Virus record (IMG/VR): IMGVR_UViG_3300021400_000128
Location: 64,001 to 128,000 of that record
Length of the DNA stretch: 64,000 nucleotides
Origin: a virus
Taxonomy: Duplodnaviria > Caudoviricetes
Strand: one strand, 5' to 3'
Position numbers and translations under genes: made by a program. Below, piece by piece: positions 62,668-64,000 of this stretch. Position 1 is the first letter of the stretch, and each line of letters starts with the position of its first letter. Below the pieces are notes generated by a model. It made no database searches, was not told the DNA's origin, and saw only the letters and a program-made list of their open reading frames with translations.

Positions 62668-62820
62668 ATGGTTTCCGATAACAATACCCGTGTCATGGTC
62701 ACTATCCCGAAAGAGTTGAAAGAACAGTTGTCTGTCATTGCAGAAAATGAAGGACGCTCCCTTTCTAACCTCATTGTCCAGATTCTAAAAAATTATGTAA
62801 ATGAATCCTTGACCCCATAG
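62668..62820 (+). CDS. Ribbon-helix-helix regulator (50 aa, below the ORF-track cutoff)
   Basis: MVSDNNTRVMVTIPKELKEQLSVIAENEGRSLSNLIVQILKNYVNESLTP; SD GAAAGGCGG. Confidence 0.85.
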   Translation: MVSDNNTRVMVTIPKELKEQLSVIAENEGRSLSNLIVQILKNYVNESLTP

Positions 62821-63031
62821 CTAAAGCAAGGGGATTGCAGACGCTTTCCCATTCAATGTTTTCCTCACGGCATTTGTTACATCCATCTTTTTCATTACAA
62901 TAATTATTTCTCGTGATAAAATAGCATAACGTCGCACCATTACATAACTGTTCTCTCTCAATTTCAGTACAAGTAATTTTCATCTCTAACTCCACATGTA
63001 ACACCGTCGAATGTAGCATTCAGTCAGCTTT

Positions 63032-63580
63032 TCACTTCTTATCATGCCAATTTCCTTTCAGATCATAATGTCCTAAATCTTCCCATCGTAACCATTTATG
63101 ACAACGTGGGCATGTTGGCTTCAAAAATTCCACTTCGACATGGCATTCTGAACATGAATACTGTATTCCTTCTTTTCCTTTACTCATGGCTATAGCAACT
63201 GATTGTCTATTTTTGTTTTCATCCTTTTCTAACTTTTCTAAAATTAGTTCCTGTTGTGATGATCTTTCACCCCATCCATATTTATCTTCATCAATGTTTT
63301 GCAAAACTGTACTAATAATTTCCTCGGCATCAATATAATTAAAAAAATCTTCATCCACGTATTGTAAGAAATATTCAATTAACTGTTTATTTAGTTCATC
63401 CCATACATCCATATTAGGATCTCCGCCAAAACCATCTTCTGATGCTAAATAGTACCATTTGTATGGGTCGGTTTCTTCACAATACCCTGGCATTTCTCTA
63501 TAGCGTATCCAATTTAAAACAGTACTTTCAACTAATTCTGCTACCGCTTTTCTTTCAGTTAATAATTCTGTAAATTTCAC
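63032..63580 (-). CDS. Hypothetical protein with C-terminal zinc ribbon
   Basis: ORF track; CSEC..CPRC. Confidence 0.65.
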   Translation of the reverse strand: MKFTELLTERKAVAELVESTVLNWIRYREMPGYCEETDPYKWYYLASEDGFGGDPNMDVWDELNKQLIEYFLQYVDEDFFNYIDAEEIISTVLQNIDEDKYGWGERSSQQELILEKLEKDENKNRQSVAIAMSKGKEGIQYSCSECHVEVEFLKPTCPRCHKWLRWEDLGHYDLKGNWHDKK

Positions 63581-63659
63581 TTTTTAACTCCTTTCACCTT
63601 TTAGAATTCTGGCTTCATCTTCTGTTTCTTTTCATTTTCTGTACACGTAATTTTCATCT

Positions 63660-63998
63660 TCAACTCCAAATCATGTAACATTTTCGGTTGTAGCATTCAG
63701 TCAGCAACGCTTTAAAATCTGCCCCGGTCATCTGTTGCCCCTTTTCCCAACCGCCGTAACCATATTGAACAGTGTCATCCATGTTTTGGATCGTCTCCAG
63801 TAACACCTTGCATTTGTAAGGCGAATATTTTCCGGAACAGTCTGATAGGTAAAGGAATTCCACTGCCCACTTCTTAGGCTTCAGCTTTCCTAACATTTCC
63901 ATTTCTAACAAATACTGCGTGTTGTCATCGACAACGCTTGTGTAACCCTGGGCATACAATTCGCCGAATTCCGGTGATATCTGTTTTGCAATATCCAT
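63660..63998 (-). CDS. Hypothetical protein (5' end probably outside the window)
   Basis: ORF track; FL..SDC.G motif. Confidence 0.6.
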   Translation of the reverse strand: MDIAKQISPEFGELYAQGYTSVVDDNTQYLLEMEMLGKLKPKKWAVEFLYLSDCSGKYSPYKCKVLLETIQNMDDTVQYGYGGWEKGQQMTGADFKALLTECYNRKCYMIWS

Positions 63999-64000
63999 CC

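Larger units (their letters stand above)
61062..62851 (-). mobile_element. IS605-type element carrying an RHH gene, tracr-like RNA, CRISPR mini-array, tnpB and reRNA
   Basis: LE CAAT+CCCCTTGCTTTAGCTATGGGG after TTGAA (62852-56); RE GAAT+hairpin+AGTGTCAA. Confidence 0.9.

Noticed and set aside
62771-62851. C-terminal part of ORF 62771-63019
   Set aside because: It reads into the IS left end. The native gene (start 62983) is interrupted at about 62852; whether it ended IEA* or fused in frame to 60802-61053 cannot be decided here.
1-64000. Stop-codon reassignment (TAG or TGA recoding)
   Set aside because: Long genes (nrdD, portal, terL, Pnk-ligase) are uninterrupted in code 11, and the two in-frame stops are different codons.
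1-64000. tRNA/rRNA genes, integrase, diversity-generating retroelement
   Set aside because: None recognised by eye. No reverse transcriptase is present, and the duplicated genes do not show adenine-specific variation that I could detect. tRNAscan was not run.

Overview
This is a 64 kb segment of a large tailed-phage (or prophage) genome from a low-GC anaerobe, read almost entirely on the minus strand. It encodes portal, TerL, TerS, a holin plus M23 lysin, class III RNR (nrdD/nrdG), a C5 DNA methyltransferase/ParB cluster, a Pnk-HD-RNA ligase fusion and many small early ORFs. Four layers stand out. (1) An IS605-type element (61062-62851) keeps its normal tnpB reRNA but also carries, upstream of tnpB, a second omegaRNA-like scaffold fused to a 28-nt anti-repeat and followed by a 2-spacer CRISPR mini-array. 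A compensatory change preserves the scaffold pseudoknot, so this looks like a TnpB-to-Cas12 intermediate. Stand-alone omegaRNA copies of the same family lie at 9215-9358 and, in frame, inside a gene at 42356-42454. (2) A 12-copy leader element (YYCTAAGAAR box overlapping the 5' arm of either a terminator or an SD-sequestering hairpin) precedes the packaging, lysis, RNR and effector genes. (3) Eight proteins share an N-terminal MGGSA/MGGGRD leader and have variable toxin-like C-termini, several followed by a small partner gene. (4) Candidate counter-defence items include a Csx16-like protein, type I-E repeat mimics, a Walker-B-altered TerL ATPase paralogue, an orphan Panacea antitoxin, RNA repair and an ADP-ribosylglycohydrolase. 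All family assignments come from motif recognition by eye, not database searches.
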